DNA of 64,000 bases. Source: Calditrichaceae bacterium. Lineage in GTDB: Bacteria; Calditrichota; Calditrichia; Calditrichales; JBFXGD01. The notes under the pieces are model-generated. The model was not told where the DNA came from and did no database searches. It saw only the letters and a program-made list of their open reading frames with translations. How positions within the stretch are numbered: position 1 is the first letter of the stretch; each line of letters begins with the position of its first letter. Positions 9,901 through 19,070 of this stretch are shown here, in pieces. The DNA lies in assembly GCA_050173015.1 (NCBI GenBank), contig JBFXLE010000003.1, positions 205,992 through 269,991 on the forward strand. The letters run 5' to 3'. The position numbers and the translations under genes are program-made.

Positions 9901-12900
9901 CTAACCCAGAGGCGCGTGTAAAAAATTTGCTGAAAATCCGGATCGGGATTACCGATTTTCCTCGTAAAATCTTTGAGAGGTATTCTGAATTGCCGCCAGC
10001 CTTTTTCAGTCGCGCCCGCAACCCATCCTTTTGCCTTCAGATCATTCGGATCTAAGGAAAAGGTATATTCAAAATAATCATTAAACAGATTGAGCTGGCC
10101 GTCGCCATCCAGGTCTTCTGTATCAGGATATCTCGCGCCCTGAGCATTACCGTTTCCTTCCGTTCCGTTAATGCCGTCATAAAGGACGCCATCGAAAACA
10201 TTAGTCGCGCCGGTTCTTGGTTCATTCCAATTATCAAAGGGATCATCTCCCGTCAAACCGTCCTTTATACCGTCAAGACCGATATCTTCCCCGTCATCCA
10301 GCAATCCGTTATTATTGCGATCTTCTGTATTCAGCCCACCCCGGCTGAACTCGTTTCTTATCGTAGAGCCTTTTTGATACCAGTCTTCAGAAATACGCCC
10401 GATATCAATATTTATCGTGCCTTCTGTTCCCTGAACCCACAATTCGATATATTTTGTTTTTTGCTGATCGGCAAAACTGGCCGTCGTACGCATCACCCCC
10501 GCCCACGCGCTATCCGGATCGCTGGCCGAATCACGCCAGTATTCTAATCCAAGCACATCGGTTGTCTGTCCCGTTTGCGAGTTGACATCCCGGTCGGGCC
10601 AGATGTCCTGAATGGCGACCTGAGTGTACGGATTAAACCAGACAAGCCGAGACCGGGCATTATTCACAACCGTATCTATCTGTGTGACACCTTCGCCCAA
10701 ATTGGGTAAAACCACCGGCGGGCTCGCCATTGTCCATGTCTTATAACGGATTCCGAGCGTTGTAGTCCGCTTGCTTGCTTCGAAATCGTCAATATAGGCG
10801 ACACCATCTTTATCGCCGGTACTCTCGTTATTAAGAGTATTCGGATCTGGCAATACCTGAGCAAACTCGGTCTCTATATTAACATATGAGTCTTCATTCG
10901 TTTCAACAAGCGGAATAGCATCCACCATTTTTGTCAAAAAACGAGGCCGGAATTTAAACGCCGCGTTGATATCCCAGACCAGGTTTCTGAAAGGTTCCTG
11001 ACCTACACGAACCCGCTGATCAATGGTCGATTTATTTAAGTACAGCCCTGTAAATCCTATAAATGAGTCATCCCAAAAACGATATTCAGCGCGTCCTCCG
11101 AGAATGGTCTTTTTATCCAATTGAAACAGGTTTGCGCGTTCATATTTTATTTCTATATTTGAGCTGCTGCGCTTAGCTTCATCCGAAAGCAGAGTTAGCT
11201 GACCACTGAAATAATCGATCATATAATCCATGTCCCTTTGCAGCGATCGCCCATTTAGCGTGACAACTTCACTGCCCTCCAGCACATAAAAACCAAGATC
11301 ATAAGTTGATCTTGTACTCTTGGAGGTAACAATCATTTCAAACTTACTTTGCGTAAGCAGTTCCTGTGTATTCGTATAGCTCGTATTGTATATGTCAACT
11401 TTATATTTTTCAGGAAGAGATTCAACTTTAAACGGACTTCCTTCATCCGGATTGTATGGTTTTAGTGACGGGAAAATAAGGACACCGTCAGCCGGATATG
11501 TCGTATTCGGATTCCAATCGGCTTTCTCATCACCGCCTTCAATCGAATTACCGTTTTCATCAGCCACATCCAGTCCCATCAGGTTCAGAAAGGAACGGTC
11601 GATTCCTTCCGGATAGGCTTCCTGATTACCGGTTACATTGTACTGTATTCTCAGATCAAAGCCTTCACGTTGTATATTGCTTCCCCCAAGAGAATAGACA
11701 TTGCGCATCATAAGCGGCCAGGTATCCGCGTAAACATCTGTAGGCTGCATTGCCCGGGGTTTAATCATTTTCAGGATAACAGACTGACTTGTGTCCGCAA
11801 GATCCTCGTTAAGGGTTCCTACCTTCAGACCATTAGAAGTGGCATAGGCCACCGCGAGTATATCATTTGATTCGACCCCCTGGTTAAGAGTAAAATACCC
11901 CCTGTATTTATCGAAAGTATAGTCCTTATCTGGGTCAAGACGTTTAAAATATCCCTTATCTGTCCTGCCGTCCACTACCTGAATCGTATCTGTATTCGCG
12001 TTTAGATATTCATTGGGATTCAGGACAGCCCAGCCGCTTCGGGCATCATTATCGGAAAGGGCGGTCGATTTATAAATATCAAGCTGGCGAAGATCTGTCC
12101 CGCTTATATACGTGAACGGTTCATTCCCGTTAAATCCCTTTTCAAACTGCTCCAAATATGATTTATCAACAAAAAAGTATCTGTTTTTAATAAACTCATA
12201 ATCTTTGATCGTAGTTTTGGATTCACTCGCGTTTCCCGATAATTTGAGTTCCTGCTGTTGACCTTTCTCGAGGGAAGCTATTGTCGTGACATAAAAGTTT
12301 CCGATTTTCAGATCGGCTTTCAGACCAAACAACCCCTTGTTTGAACCTCCAAAGATAACATATTTCGTGGAAGGCAGAGATAAAGAAACATTTCCGGCCT
12401 CTATTTTTTGAACTATTTCATCCTCATCACCGTCATACCGTAATTTGAGAGTGTTTTCGATATCTGTCACCGCTTCACTGTTCTGATCAACAGAAACCGT
12501 AACTTTTTCACCGATTTTACCCTCGACCGTGAATTGTTGTGTCTGATTGAACTTGGGACTAAATGATGTTTTGTTCTCGGACGCGGAAGTTGCAGAACCT
12601 GATCTCTTTTCTGTTCTTCCGGAAAGATCGAATGTGATATTTCCGGTCACGCGCAAACCGATTCGGTCAGAACCGAATATTCTGGTAAAAGTTTTACTCC
12701 GGATTCTTATGGGGATATCCAGTTTGATCGCTCCAAATTCCTGCTCAGTCTGTTGCCGGAATTTATTCAAAACGGTTTTTTTCCATTGTTCTCTGCGGTC
12801 AAACTCAATTCTTAAGCGGACATAGGCATCCAAATCGATTACCGCCGGCAGATAAAACTCAACACCGTCCAATGCTTCCATTATCGAGATATACTCTGCC

Positions 12901-13130
12901 GTGGAATCCATTTTGACTTTCCGGACGTAAGATTTTGGGGCGCGCGCAAAAAAAGTGGAATCGGCGGCATACCCTTCCAACCCGAATAATTCAGGTTCAA
13001 ACAGAGTTACCGTTTTAGGCGGAGGCGGGACCCGAAGCCCCGGCTGGGTATAACCGTTTACTGTGATAAAAAACAGAATACCGGTTAAAATGACGAAGGA
13101 TAGAAGCCCACATCTTTTTTTGTTGCTCAT
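6975..13130 (-). CDS. sprA: T9SS outer-membrane translocon SprA/Sov
   Basis: About 2050 aa with a signal peptide. Motifs IFG...G.I.FD, GKIGEK..V.VDQNSE, LKLRYDGDEDEIVQKIEAGNVSLSLP, GLFGLK, AYIDDFE, PDTEDLD, WRQFRIPL and IWLDEMRL; beta-rich C-terminus. Start set at the ATG of MSNKK; a TTG at 13175 is possible. Confidence 0.92.
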   Translation of the reverse strand: MSNKKRCGLLSFVILTGILFFITVNGYTQPGLRVPPPPKTVTLFEPELFGLEGYAADSTFFARAPKSYVRKVKMDSTAEYISIMEALDGVEFYLPAVIDLDAYVRLRIEFDRREQWKKTVLNKFRQQTEQEFGAIKLDIPIRIRSKTFTRIFGSDRIGLRVTGNITFDLSGRTEKRSGSATSASENKTSFSPKFNQTQQFTVEGKIGEKVTVSVDQNSEAVTDIENTLKLRYDGDEDEIVQKIEAGNVSLSLPSTKYVIFGGSNKGLFGLKADLKIGNFYVTTIASLEKGQQQELKLSGNASESKTTIKDYEFIKNRYFFVDKSYLEQFEKGFNGNEPFTYISGTDLRQLDIYKSTALSDNDARSGWAVLNPNEYLNANTDTIQVVDGRTDKGYFKRLDPDKDYTFDKYRGYFTLNQGVESNDILAVAYATSNGLKVGTLNEDLADTSQSVILKMIKPRAMQPTDVYADTWPLMMRNVYSLGGSNIQREGFDLRIQYNVTGNQEAYPEGIDRSFLNLMGLDVADENGNSIEGGDEKADWNPNTTYPADGVLIFPSLKPYNPDEGSPFKVESLPEKYKVDIYNTSYTNTQELLTQSKFEMIVTSKSTRSTYDLGFYVLEGSEVVTLNGRSLQRDMDYMIDYFSGQLTLLSDEAKRSSSNIEIKYERANLFQLDKKTILGGRAEYRFWDDSFIGFTGLYLNKSTIDQRVRVGQEPFRNLVWDINAAFKFRPRFLTKMVDAIPLVETNEDSYVNIETEFAQVLPDPNTLNNESTGDKDGVAYIDDFEASKRTTTLGIRYKTWTMASPPVVLPNLGEGVTQIDTVVNNARSRLVWFNPYTQVAIQDIWPDRDVNSQTGQTTDVLGLEYWRDSASDPDSAWAGVMRTTASFADQQKTKYIELWVQGTEGTINIDIGRISEDWYQKGSTIRNEFSRGGLNTEDRNNNGLLDDGEDIGLDGIKDGLTGDDPFDNWNEPRTGATNVFDGVLYDGINGTEGNGNAQGARYPDTEDLDGDGQLNLFNDYFEYTFSLDPNDLKAKGWVAGATEKGWRQFRIPLKDFTRKIGNPDPDFQQIFYTRLWVSDIPAERTRILIATFDFVGNEWEETGIAENDSATFVKSDSVFTLATYNTEENVDEIPGGPEPYTSPPGVAGERDRITDAISKEQSLVLKFADFPAGYVAEAKKTLYSAMELVNYKRLKMFIHGDRSLPLNPDDGDSSNIRFYLRFGSDVNNYYEYGQDVYRGWSTLNQLDIDLDELSQVKFSENKYALVGSSPGGYYKVKGAPSLNTIRYFIIGVKNKDSFGFTGEIWLDEMRLSEVRRENATALRLKTDIKLADLLRFNAEWESKDADYHDIGTQFGGGNTLERQNYSGTFTLDKFLPDAWDISIPIDARASYSRNVPKYFPRTDILTGYKNDSFDKKLKSLFGVRDLPPELDDQVSYSEVLGVGTTIRKRSKSKSWYYRYTVDELVLDFDYSKKHSSDWETKFNDSEQYKESIRYKIPFGKNNFVSPFKFTQRIPLLGKLSDEKLYYSPNDINLSLDISDVETDLLRRSSAENKRTINTSSTRSVNSGYRMFNSLNFTYSRSHRADADYVGLKHEDMFKEIFTKFNFGLDTDINQSFGADYRPNLIKWLKTDFSYNSNFSYSLTNNYQYKQSTSRVGKRIGLTLNPSTLVNSIYTPKAKKRTTAGRGRPTPQSQTDPEKDKKDEDDKKSFPNPLILLYKFFDSWQSIQMNYSIDDNISNPYLNDIPDWQYQFGFTTSTGVGQDSSLIDDGINLIGPSISQTRSIRTSTSYNFAKNIKATFNHDFSESESSSDYGNNRSGNRSISFLALGDDPLTDFKGLNADLRRFVPDWNVQVSGVEKYLFFPTFAQSVTVDHGHSGKYTENKSLKLDGSFVPTSQSFSSNWQPLVGFNIRTVWGVSGNIRRTESTSYSYNSGAGATKTETSSLTITMSYAKTAGFRIPIWPFKSKSFKNEVNFSLTFDRSQNTTFQKQFDQDNFEEKQNNKSWKLRPSASYRFNTKVQGSLFFETGATENKISGTYTHSEFGMNVNIAIRD

Positions 13131-13569
13131 TAAATACAAGTTTCGATCACCAGGAGTTTGTTTTAATAAAGGCAATTAACCGTAGCAATAGATGTCTATG
13201 GGCTACCTCTTTTTTATTATACCATAAAAAGTAAAAAATATACGCTGACCAGTCTTTTAATTCAAGTTAAATTTGCTTCCCGCATTGATTGTCTGCTAAA
13301 TAATACAAAATTCTTGATCTTCTGTCATCTAATCTGATCGGCATAAAATCAAATTTATTAAACGGAGGATCTAAAATTTAATTTAAGCGGGAAATTCACC
13401 TGCCATATACCTATACTTATACTTTTTGAAATCACCGGGTGTCCGTTAAAAATATATATATTTATTCAAAGCCTTTAAAATCAATTAATTAGCGCATAAA
13501 GTTAAAAGACTTATACGGGAAATTGTTTAGTTTGGATTTTAATGGGAGTTTTCTTAAAATATTAGTCAT

Positions 13570-15048
13570 ATGAAAATACTAACCCGATATATAATTAAAG
13601 AACATATAGGTCCTTTTTTCTTTGCTCTTTCGGTTATCATGTTTATTCTTTTAATGAATTTTCTGGTAAAATACATCGGGCATATTTTTGGAAAAGGACT
13701 GGCGATCTTCACAATTTTTAAACTGATTGCCCTTAATCTGGCATGGATGCTTGCTCTTGCCGTACCAATGGCAACTCTTGTGGCGGTGCTTATGGCCTAC
13801 GGGCGATTCTCCGCTGACAATGAAATAACAATACTTAAATCCAGCGGTATAAGCATCTTTAAAATCATGAGGCCTTCCCTTTACCTTGGACTCCTACTCA
13901 CCCTAATCATGGTCTATTTCAGCGATCAAATCCTGCCTGAATCGAATCATGAAGCCCGGAGAATGTTCCAGGCAATCAGGCGAAAAAAACCGACTCTGCA
14001 GCTCGAAGAACATATATTTTATGATCTTTCCCGTTTTTCATTTGTGGTTGATCAGATTGAAAAGCCCTTGCAGGATGAATGGCTGGGTTTAAACAGCCTG
14101 CTTGGACCGGAGTACAGTAATCCGGATGATCTCGAGCGGCTGCGAAACATTACTATCTTTGACCGCACCGACCAGGGCAAAACAACCACAATTATTTCCG
14201 AAGAAGGATTTATGGTTTACTCCAGACCGCGGAAATCATTGGTATTTACCCTCTTTAATGGTGAGTTTCACGAGATTGATAATGAGAAACTGAGTGAATA
14301 TCAGCGGTCAAATTTCAGCAAACATATCGTTTACATACCGGCTGATGATTTTGAACTTGAGCAGGAAGAGGACAGCTACCGGGGCGACCGGGAAATGAAT
14401 ATAAAAATGATGCAGGCAAAAATCGAAGAAACCAGACAGCAAATGAGCGATCAGAAGAATAAGATCGGTGAAAATATTGATAAAAATTCCGAAAACCTCA
14501 TCCGTCTCCTAAAAGAGATGGAATCTGATAGCAGCGTGCTTCCGGCCGATAGCGCGATGATTGCCTCCATCGACACGGTAAAATGGAAAATAGCCAACAG
14601 GAAAGCTATCAATCAGACCGACCGGTATTATCAGAGAATGCGCACCAATCAAAATCTTGTAAAAAATAATGAACAAACGATCAATAAATTCAGTGTCGAG
14701 GTTCACAAGAAAATATCTATCCCGTTTGCGAGTATCGTTTTTGTTCTTATCGGAGCGCCGCTGGGGATAATGGCCAGGAAAGGCAGTATGGGTATCGCAA
14801 TCAGTATGAGTATAGGTTTCTTTTTATTGTATTGGGTGTTTCTTATCGGGGGAGAAGATCTTGCTGACAGACGTCTCCTGACGCCCTTTTTCGCCATGTG
14901 GGCGGCCAACATAATTGTAGGAATCGGCGGGATTTATCTGACATGGAGAGCCATAAAAGAAACATCTTTCATCAACTGGGGGAAACTGCAATCCTTTTTC
15001 AAATGGGGTAAAACGCCGACGCGGAATTCCGGGGAGACAAACTCTTAA
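13570..15048 (+). CDS. lptF: LPS export permease LptF
   Basis: MKILTRYI, PMA.L.A.L..YGR.S.DNEI...KSSGIS, EVHKKISIPFA...LIGAPLG; first gene of a tandem LptF/G pair. Confidence 0.85.
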   Translation: MKILTRYIIKEHIGPFFFALSVIMFILLMNFLVKYIGHIFGKGLAIFTIFKLIALNLAWMLALAVPMATLVAVLMAYGRFSADNEITILKSSGISIFKIMRPSLYLGLLLTLIMVYFSDQILPESNHEARRMFQAIRRKKPTLQLEEHIFYDLSRFSFVVDQIEKPLQDEWLGLNSLLGPEYSNPDDLERLRNITIFDRTDQGKTTTIISEEGFMVYSRPRKSLVFTLFNGEFHEIDNEKLSEYQRSNFSKHIVYIPADDFELEQEEDSYRGDREMNIKMMQAKIEETRQQMSDQKNKIGENIDKNSENLIRLLKEMESDSSVLPADSAMIASIDTVKWKIANRKAINQTDRYYQRMRTNQNLVKNNEQTINKFSVEVHKKISIPFASIVFVLIGAPLGIMARKGSMGIAISMSIGFFLLYWVFLIGGEDLADRRLLTPFFAMWAANIIVGIGGIYLTWRAIKETSFINWGKLQSFFKWGKTPTRNSGETNS

Positions 15049-16127
15049 TGTTTCATCTTACAGACAGATATCTGACACGTCAGTTCGCGATCAATCTATT
15101 TATAGCAATTGTGACATGGATTGTTATTTTTCTTGTTGTGGATATTATTGAACATATCTCAAAATTTCTTGACCGGGGCGCGACACTCAGTCAGTTCACA
15201 TTATATTATTTGTATTATATCCCATATATCATCAGTCTTACCCTGCCTGTTGCCATGCTGCTTGCTACATTATTTTCACTCAGCACGTTTGCCCAGCATA
15301 ATGAAATTGTCGCGCAGCTTTCTTCCGGAATCAGTTTATACCGGATATTAAGCCCGTTATTTTTTCTTGCCTTTATGATAAGTATAGCGGCCGGTTTTTT
15401 TAACGAGATTGTCGTTCCCGAAGCGAATCAGCGAAGATACGATATTTACCGCTATGAAATTTCCAAAAATCCGAGAACCTCCGGCACCTCACGGTCAAAT
15501 ATCTATATTCAGGATTCCGCCAACCGCAAATTCGTAATTAAATATTTTAACAGCAAATCCAACGAAGCAAGCAGTGTCAGCATACAGACGTTTAAAGGCG
15601 CCGTTCTTGTCGAACGTCTGGACGCGAAGAAAATGTTATGGAAAGACAGTCATTGGCTGTTAAGTGAAGGAACCGTAAGGGACTTTTCGAAGGATCACGA
15701 AAGTATTTACACTTTTACGGATTCAACCCTCACCGAATCAAGGGTAACACCAGAAAATTTAATTGATATACAAAAGAAACCGGAAGAAATGAGTTTTGAG
15801 GAGCTTAATCGCTTTATTTCAGAATTAAAGGCCATCGGTGCAGATGTAAGAAAATGGCTTGTAGAAAGACATTTGAAAATCGCCATGCCGTTTACTAATT
15901 TTATTGTCGTATTGCTGGGCGCGCCACTCGCATCGAGAAAAAGACGCGGCGGCATCGGGCTTAATTTCGGACTGAGTCTTCTGGTCAGCTTTATTTATTT
16001 TATTATCATACGAACCGGGCAGGTTTTTGGCCATCAGGGAACTCTCGATCCCTTTATCGGCGCCTGGCTGGGAAATTTAATTTTTGTTTCATTGGGTCTG
16101 ATTTCATTGTTTTCAGTGCAAAAATAA
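15048..16127 (+). CDS. lptG: LPS export permease LptG
   Basis: DRYL, PVAMLLA, NEIVA..SSGIS, PEEMS..EL, KIAMPF..LGAPL, AWLGN; translationally coupled to lptF (TAATG). Confidence 0.85.
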   Translation: MFHLTDRYLTRQFAINLFIAIVTWIVIFLVVDIIEHISKFLDRGATLSQFTLYYLYYIPYIISLTLPVAMLLATLFSLSTFAQHNEIVAQLSSGISLYRILSPLFFLAFMISIAAGFFNEIVVPEANQRRYDIYRYEISKNPRTSGTSRSNIYIQDSANRKFVIKYFNSKSNEASSVSIQTFKGAVLVERLDAKKMLWKDSHWLLSEGTVRDFSKDHESIYTFTDSTLTESRVTPENLIDIQKKPEEMSFEELNRFISELKAIGADVRKWLVERHLKIAMPFTNFIVVLLGAPLASRKRRGGIGLNFGLSLLVSFIYFIIIRTGQVFGHQGTLDPFIGAWLGNLIFVSLGLISLFSVQK

Positions 16128-16166
16128 TCTAATTATATAGATACTAAACAAAAAGAGATCTACGAA

Positions 16167-18392
16167 TTGTCGAAACACAAATACGTGCTTTCTCTTCATT
16201 ACTTATATTTATTTTTGCTTCTGCTGTGTATTTTGGCGCATGCGAATGATCCCAAATTTGTCATACAACCCGCGTATTTCGATTCCGGGATAAATATTGA
16301 CGGATACCTGAACGAACAAGTCTGGAAATCGGCCGCTCAAATCAGAAATTTTTACACTTATCAGCCGGTGGACGGTCATCCCGCGGAAGATCACACTGCC
16401 GCCTTAATTGGATATGACCGAAATAATCTTTATATAGCGCTCATCTGTTTCGACCGGGAACCTGAAAAAATACGAACGACCCTCAGCAAACGTGATGATA
16501 TTTTTACGGATGATCTTATTCTTCTTTATATTGATACGTTTAATGAAGGAAAAACCGCTTATCAATTCGCTTTCAACCCTTATGGGATTCAGGCGGACGG
16601 CTTACTGACTGAATACACCAGCGAAGATTTTAATCCTGACTTTATTCTGTATTCAAAAGGCAGAATGATCAAAAACGGCTACATTATTGAAGCGAAAATA
16701 CCATTTAAAAGTCTGCGGTTTCCCGAAAAAGATATCATGGACTGGAAAATAGGTATTTTGAGAATCATTCAACATAGCGGACAGGTGCTGGTCTGGCCGG
16801 CCATATCTCTCGATTCCCCCATGTTCATAGGACAATTCGGAACACTAAAAAATATCTCTCATATCAAAGGTGGCAGCCGACTTGAAATTTTGCCGGAAAT
16901 CGCGGCGATTCAGGAGGGTTCCATTGAAGAAAACGAGTTTGAAGATCACCCCGCTCAGGTAGAAGCAGGTCTGAACATCCGTTATGGTCTGGCTTCTGAT
17001 TTGAGTCTTGGCCTTACGGTAAATCCTGATTTTAGTCAGGTGGAAGCGGATGCCAATAAAATAGATGTTAATCGCCGCTACCCGCTCCGGTATAATGAAA
17101 AAAGACCTTTTTTTCTTGAAGGGGTAGATCTTTTTCAGACTCCGATAGAAGCGGTTTATACAAGACAGCTGCTCGATCCGCTCTGCGGTGCTAAAATTAC
17201 AGGCAGAATGGGAGATTACTCCATAGGAATTTTAAGCGAAGCCGATCAGTATGAAGGAAGCTCTGATTTTCTGAACTCACTTGACATTGATCCTGCCCTC
17301 AATAATAAATATCGTGATAAGTATACGTTTAACCATATATTGAGAGTGAAACGTAACTTATCGCCGCTTTCATTCATAGGTTTACTTGTCACTGACAGGG
17401 AATTTAGCAATACCTACAACCGCGTCTATGGGGCGGACGGTCAATTTGCATTCAGTGAAAATTATGTTTTGACATTTCAGGGATTGTTCTCACAATCAAT
17501 GCCTGTCACCGGATCCGGATATATAGAAGATCCGGCATTGTTCGCGTCTCTATACCGGGGCAGCCGCAATTTTAATTTTCAGTTTTATTATAATGATATT
17601 TATCCTGATTTCGTAGCCGCGAACGGTTTTATTGAACGGACCGATGTGAGGGAAGCAGGCCTGCAAATATGGTATGACTTTTTATGGCATGAACATTTTC
17701 TGCAAAAGGTGACTCCATCTTTCTATTACAGCCAAATTTTCGATCACGAGAGCAATTTAATAGAAAACAGTATCGTTCCTTCTGTTTCGGTTGATATCAG
17801 AACGCAGACATCGCTGAAATTTCAGTATTACTACCAAATGGAAGAATACTTTTTGAAGGAATTTCCAAAAGATCATTATTCTGTGACTCTTGACAACAAA
17901 TCCTTATCATGGCTTCACGCCAATCTTTACGCAGGCACCGGGGATGAAATATATTATTACGGAACCCCCGCCTTTCTCGGAAAATCAATATACATCACCG
18001 CCGATTTCACCCTGAAGCCGGCCAGGAATATTTCCAATGAAATTAGTTTTAAAACTTATCAGTTTGATGGCACTCAAAACAATTTGGATCTCTATCTAAG
18101 GCAGAACATATACAGGCTGCGCTCAAACTGGCAAATTACCCGGGATTTATCACTGAGATTAATTATCGAAAATATCGATATCAAGCAATCTAACACGGTT
18201 TACTCTGAATCAAATACGATAGATTTTAATTTACTTTTTAGTTACAATCCATCTCCCGGAACTGTTTTTTTCCTTGGGTATAATGATCAGCAATACCACA
18301 AAGATCATTATACGGGCGGTTGGTTTCTAAAAGATTATCAGCGGTTTGAACGAGGCTTGTTCGCAAAATTTTCTTACCTGTTTCGTTTATAG
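16167..18392 (+). CDS. CBM9-like/DUF5916-type outer-membrane protein
   Basis: Signal peptide; IDGYLNE.VW, YD..NLY, F.FNPYG.Q.D, EAKIPFKSLRF, TVNPDFSQVEAD, EKRPFFLEG; C-terminal FAKFSYLFRL barrel signal. Confidence 0.75.
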   Translation: MSKHKYVLSLHYLYLFLLLLCILAHANDPKFVIQPAYFDSGINIDGYLNEQVWKSAAQIRNFYTYQPVDGHPAEDHTAALIGYDRNNLYIALICFDREPEKIRTTLSKRDDIFTDDLILLYIDTFNEGKTAYQFAFNPYGIQADGLLTEYTSEDFNPDFILYSKGRMIKNGYIIEAKIPFKSLRFPEKDIMDWKIGILRIIQHSGQVLVWPAISLDSPMFIGQFGTLKNISHIKGGSRLEILPEIAAIQEGSIEENEFEDHPAQVEAGLNIRYGLASDLSLGLTVNPDFSQVEADANKIDVNRRYPLRYNEKRPFFLEGVDLFQTPIEAVYTRQLLDPLCGAKITGRMGDYSIGILSEADQYEGSSDFLNSLDIDPALNNKYRDKYTFNHILRVKRNLSPLSFIGLLVTDREFSNTYNRVYGADGQFAFSENYVLTFQGLFSQSMPVTGSGYIEDPALFASLYRGSRNFNFQFYYNDIYPDFVAANGFIERTDVREAGLQIWYDFLWHEHFLQKVTPSFYYSQIFDHESNLIENSIVPSVSVDIRTQTSLKFQYYYQMEEYFLKEFPKDHYSVTLDNKSLSWLHANLYAGTGDEIYYYGTPAFLGKSIYITADFTLKPARNISNEISFKTYQFDGTQNNLDLYLRQNIYRLRSNWQITRDLSLRLIIENIDIKQSNTVYSESNTIDFNLLFSYNPSPGTVFFLGYNDQQYHKDHYTGGWFLKDYQRFERGLFAKFSYLFRL

Positions 18393-18420
18393 TGAATTAT
18401 TTACCGGAGGAGGATTCAAA

Positions 18421-18987
18421 ATGCGCTCATCAAATGCGGGTCTGATCCTTATTGTTTTAGGATTATTATTTTTACTCGACAATATGGGATATATCGATTT
18501 TGGCGATATAATGAGTACCTACTGGCCATTGATTCTTGTACTTATTGGTATAAGAATCATCCTGACGCATAACCGGGATGAGTCAGGAAGAGATTCTGCC
18601 AAAAGTGCCGGACCATCAAAAAGAAGTGGGATTAATGATTCCGATTACAGCAATGTCATGGGTGATGTTCGCATGAATTTCGCGAAAAAAGAGATCGCTT
18701 ATCAGACAGTGAACAACATTTTTGGAGATATAGATCTCGATTTTTCGGAAAGCAAACTTCTCGCGGACGCATCGGTAAAAGTATCCTTGATTTTCGGAAA
18801 CATCCACATAAAACTTCCTAAAAATACTAAGGCGGATATCGAAGGAAGCAATATCGCGGGGGATATTCAAATCTTTCAGCAAACCGAAAGCGGATTCTTT
18901 AAAAATATACGTTATGGGGATAAAAGCGCCGGAAGTGTTCGATTTAAAGTATCTGTGATCTTTGGCGATATTCGCGTGATTGATTAA
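18421..18987 (+). CDS. LiaF-like cell-envelope stress membrane protein
   Basis: GGAGGAGG RBS before ATG 18421; GLILI.LG..FLLDN...YWP.ILVLIG N-terminus followed by repeated xxFGDIxL strands. Confidence 0.75.
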   Translation: MRSSNAGLILIVLGLLFLLDNMGYIDFGDIMSTYWPLILVLIGIRIILTHNRDESGRDSAKSAGPSKRSGINDSDYSNVMGDVRMNFAKKEIAYQTVNNIFGDIDLDFSESKLLADASVKVSLIFGNIHIKLPKNTKADIEGSNIAGDIQIFQQTESGFFKNIRYGDKSAGSVRFKVSVIFGDIRVID

Positions 18988-19070
18988 ATATTTATCCGCT
19001 CGACTGAGTTCGTGGATACAATTAGAATTATAAAAAACCCGGAGCCTTTTAACAGACCCCGGGTTACTTT

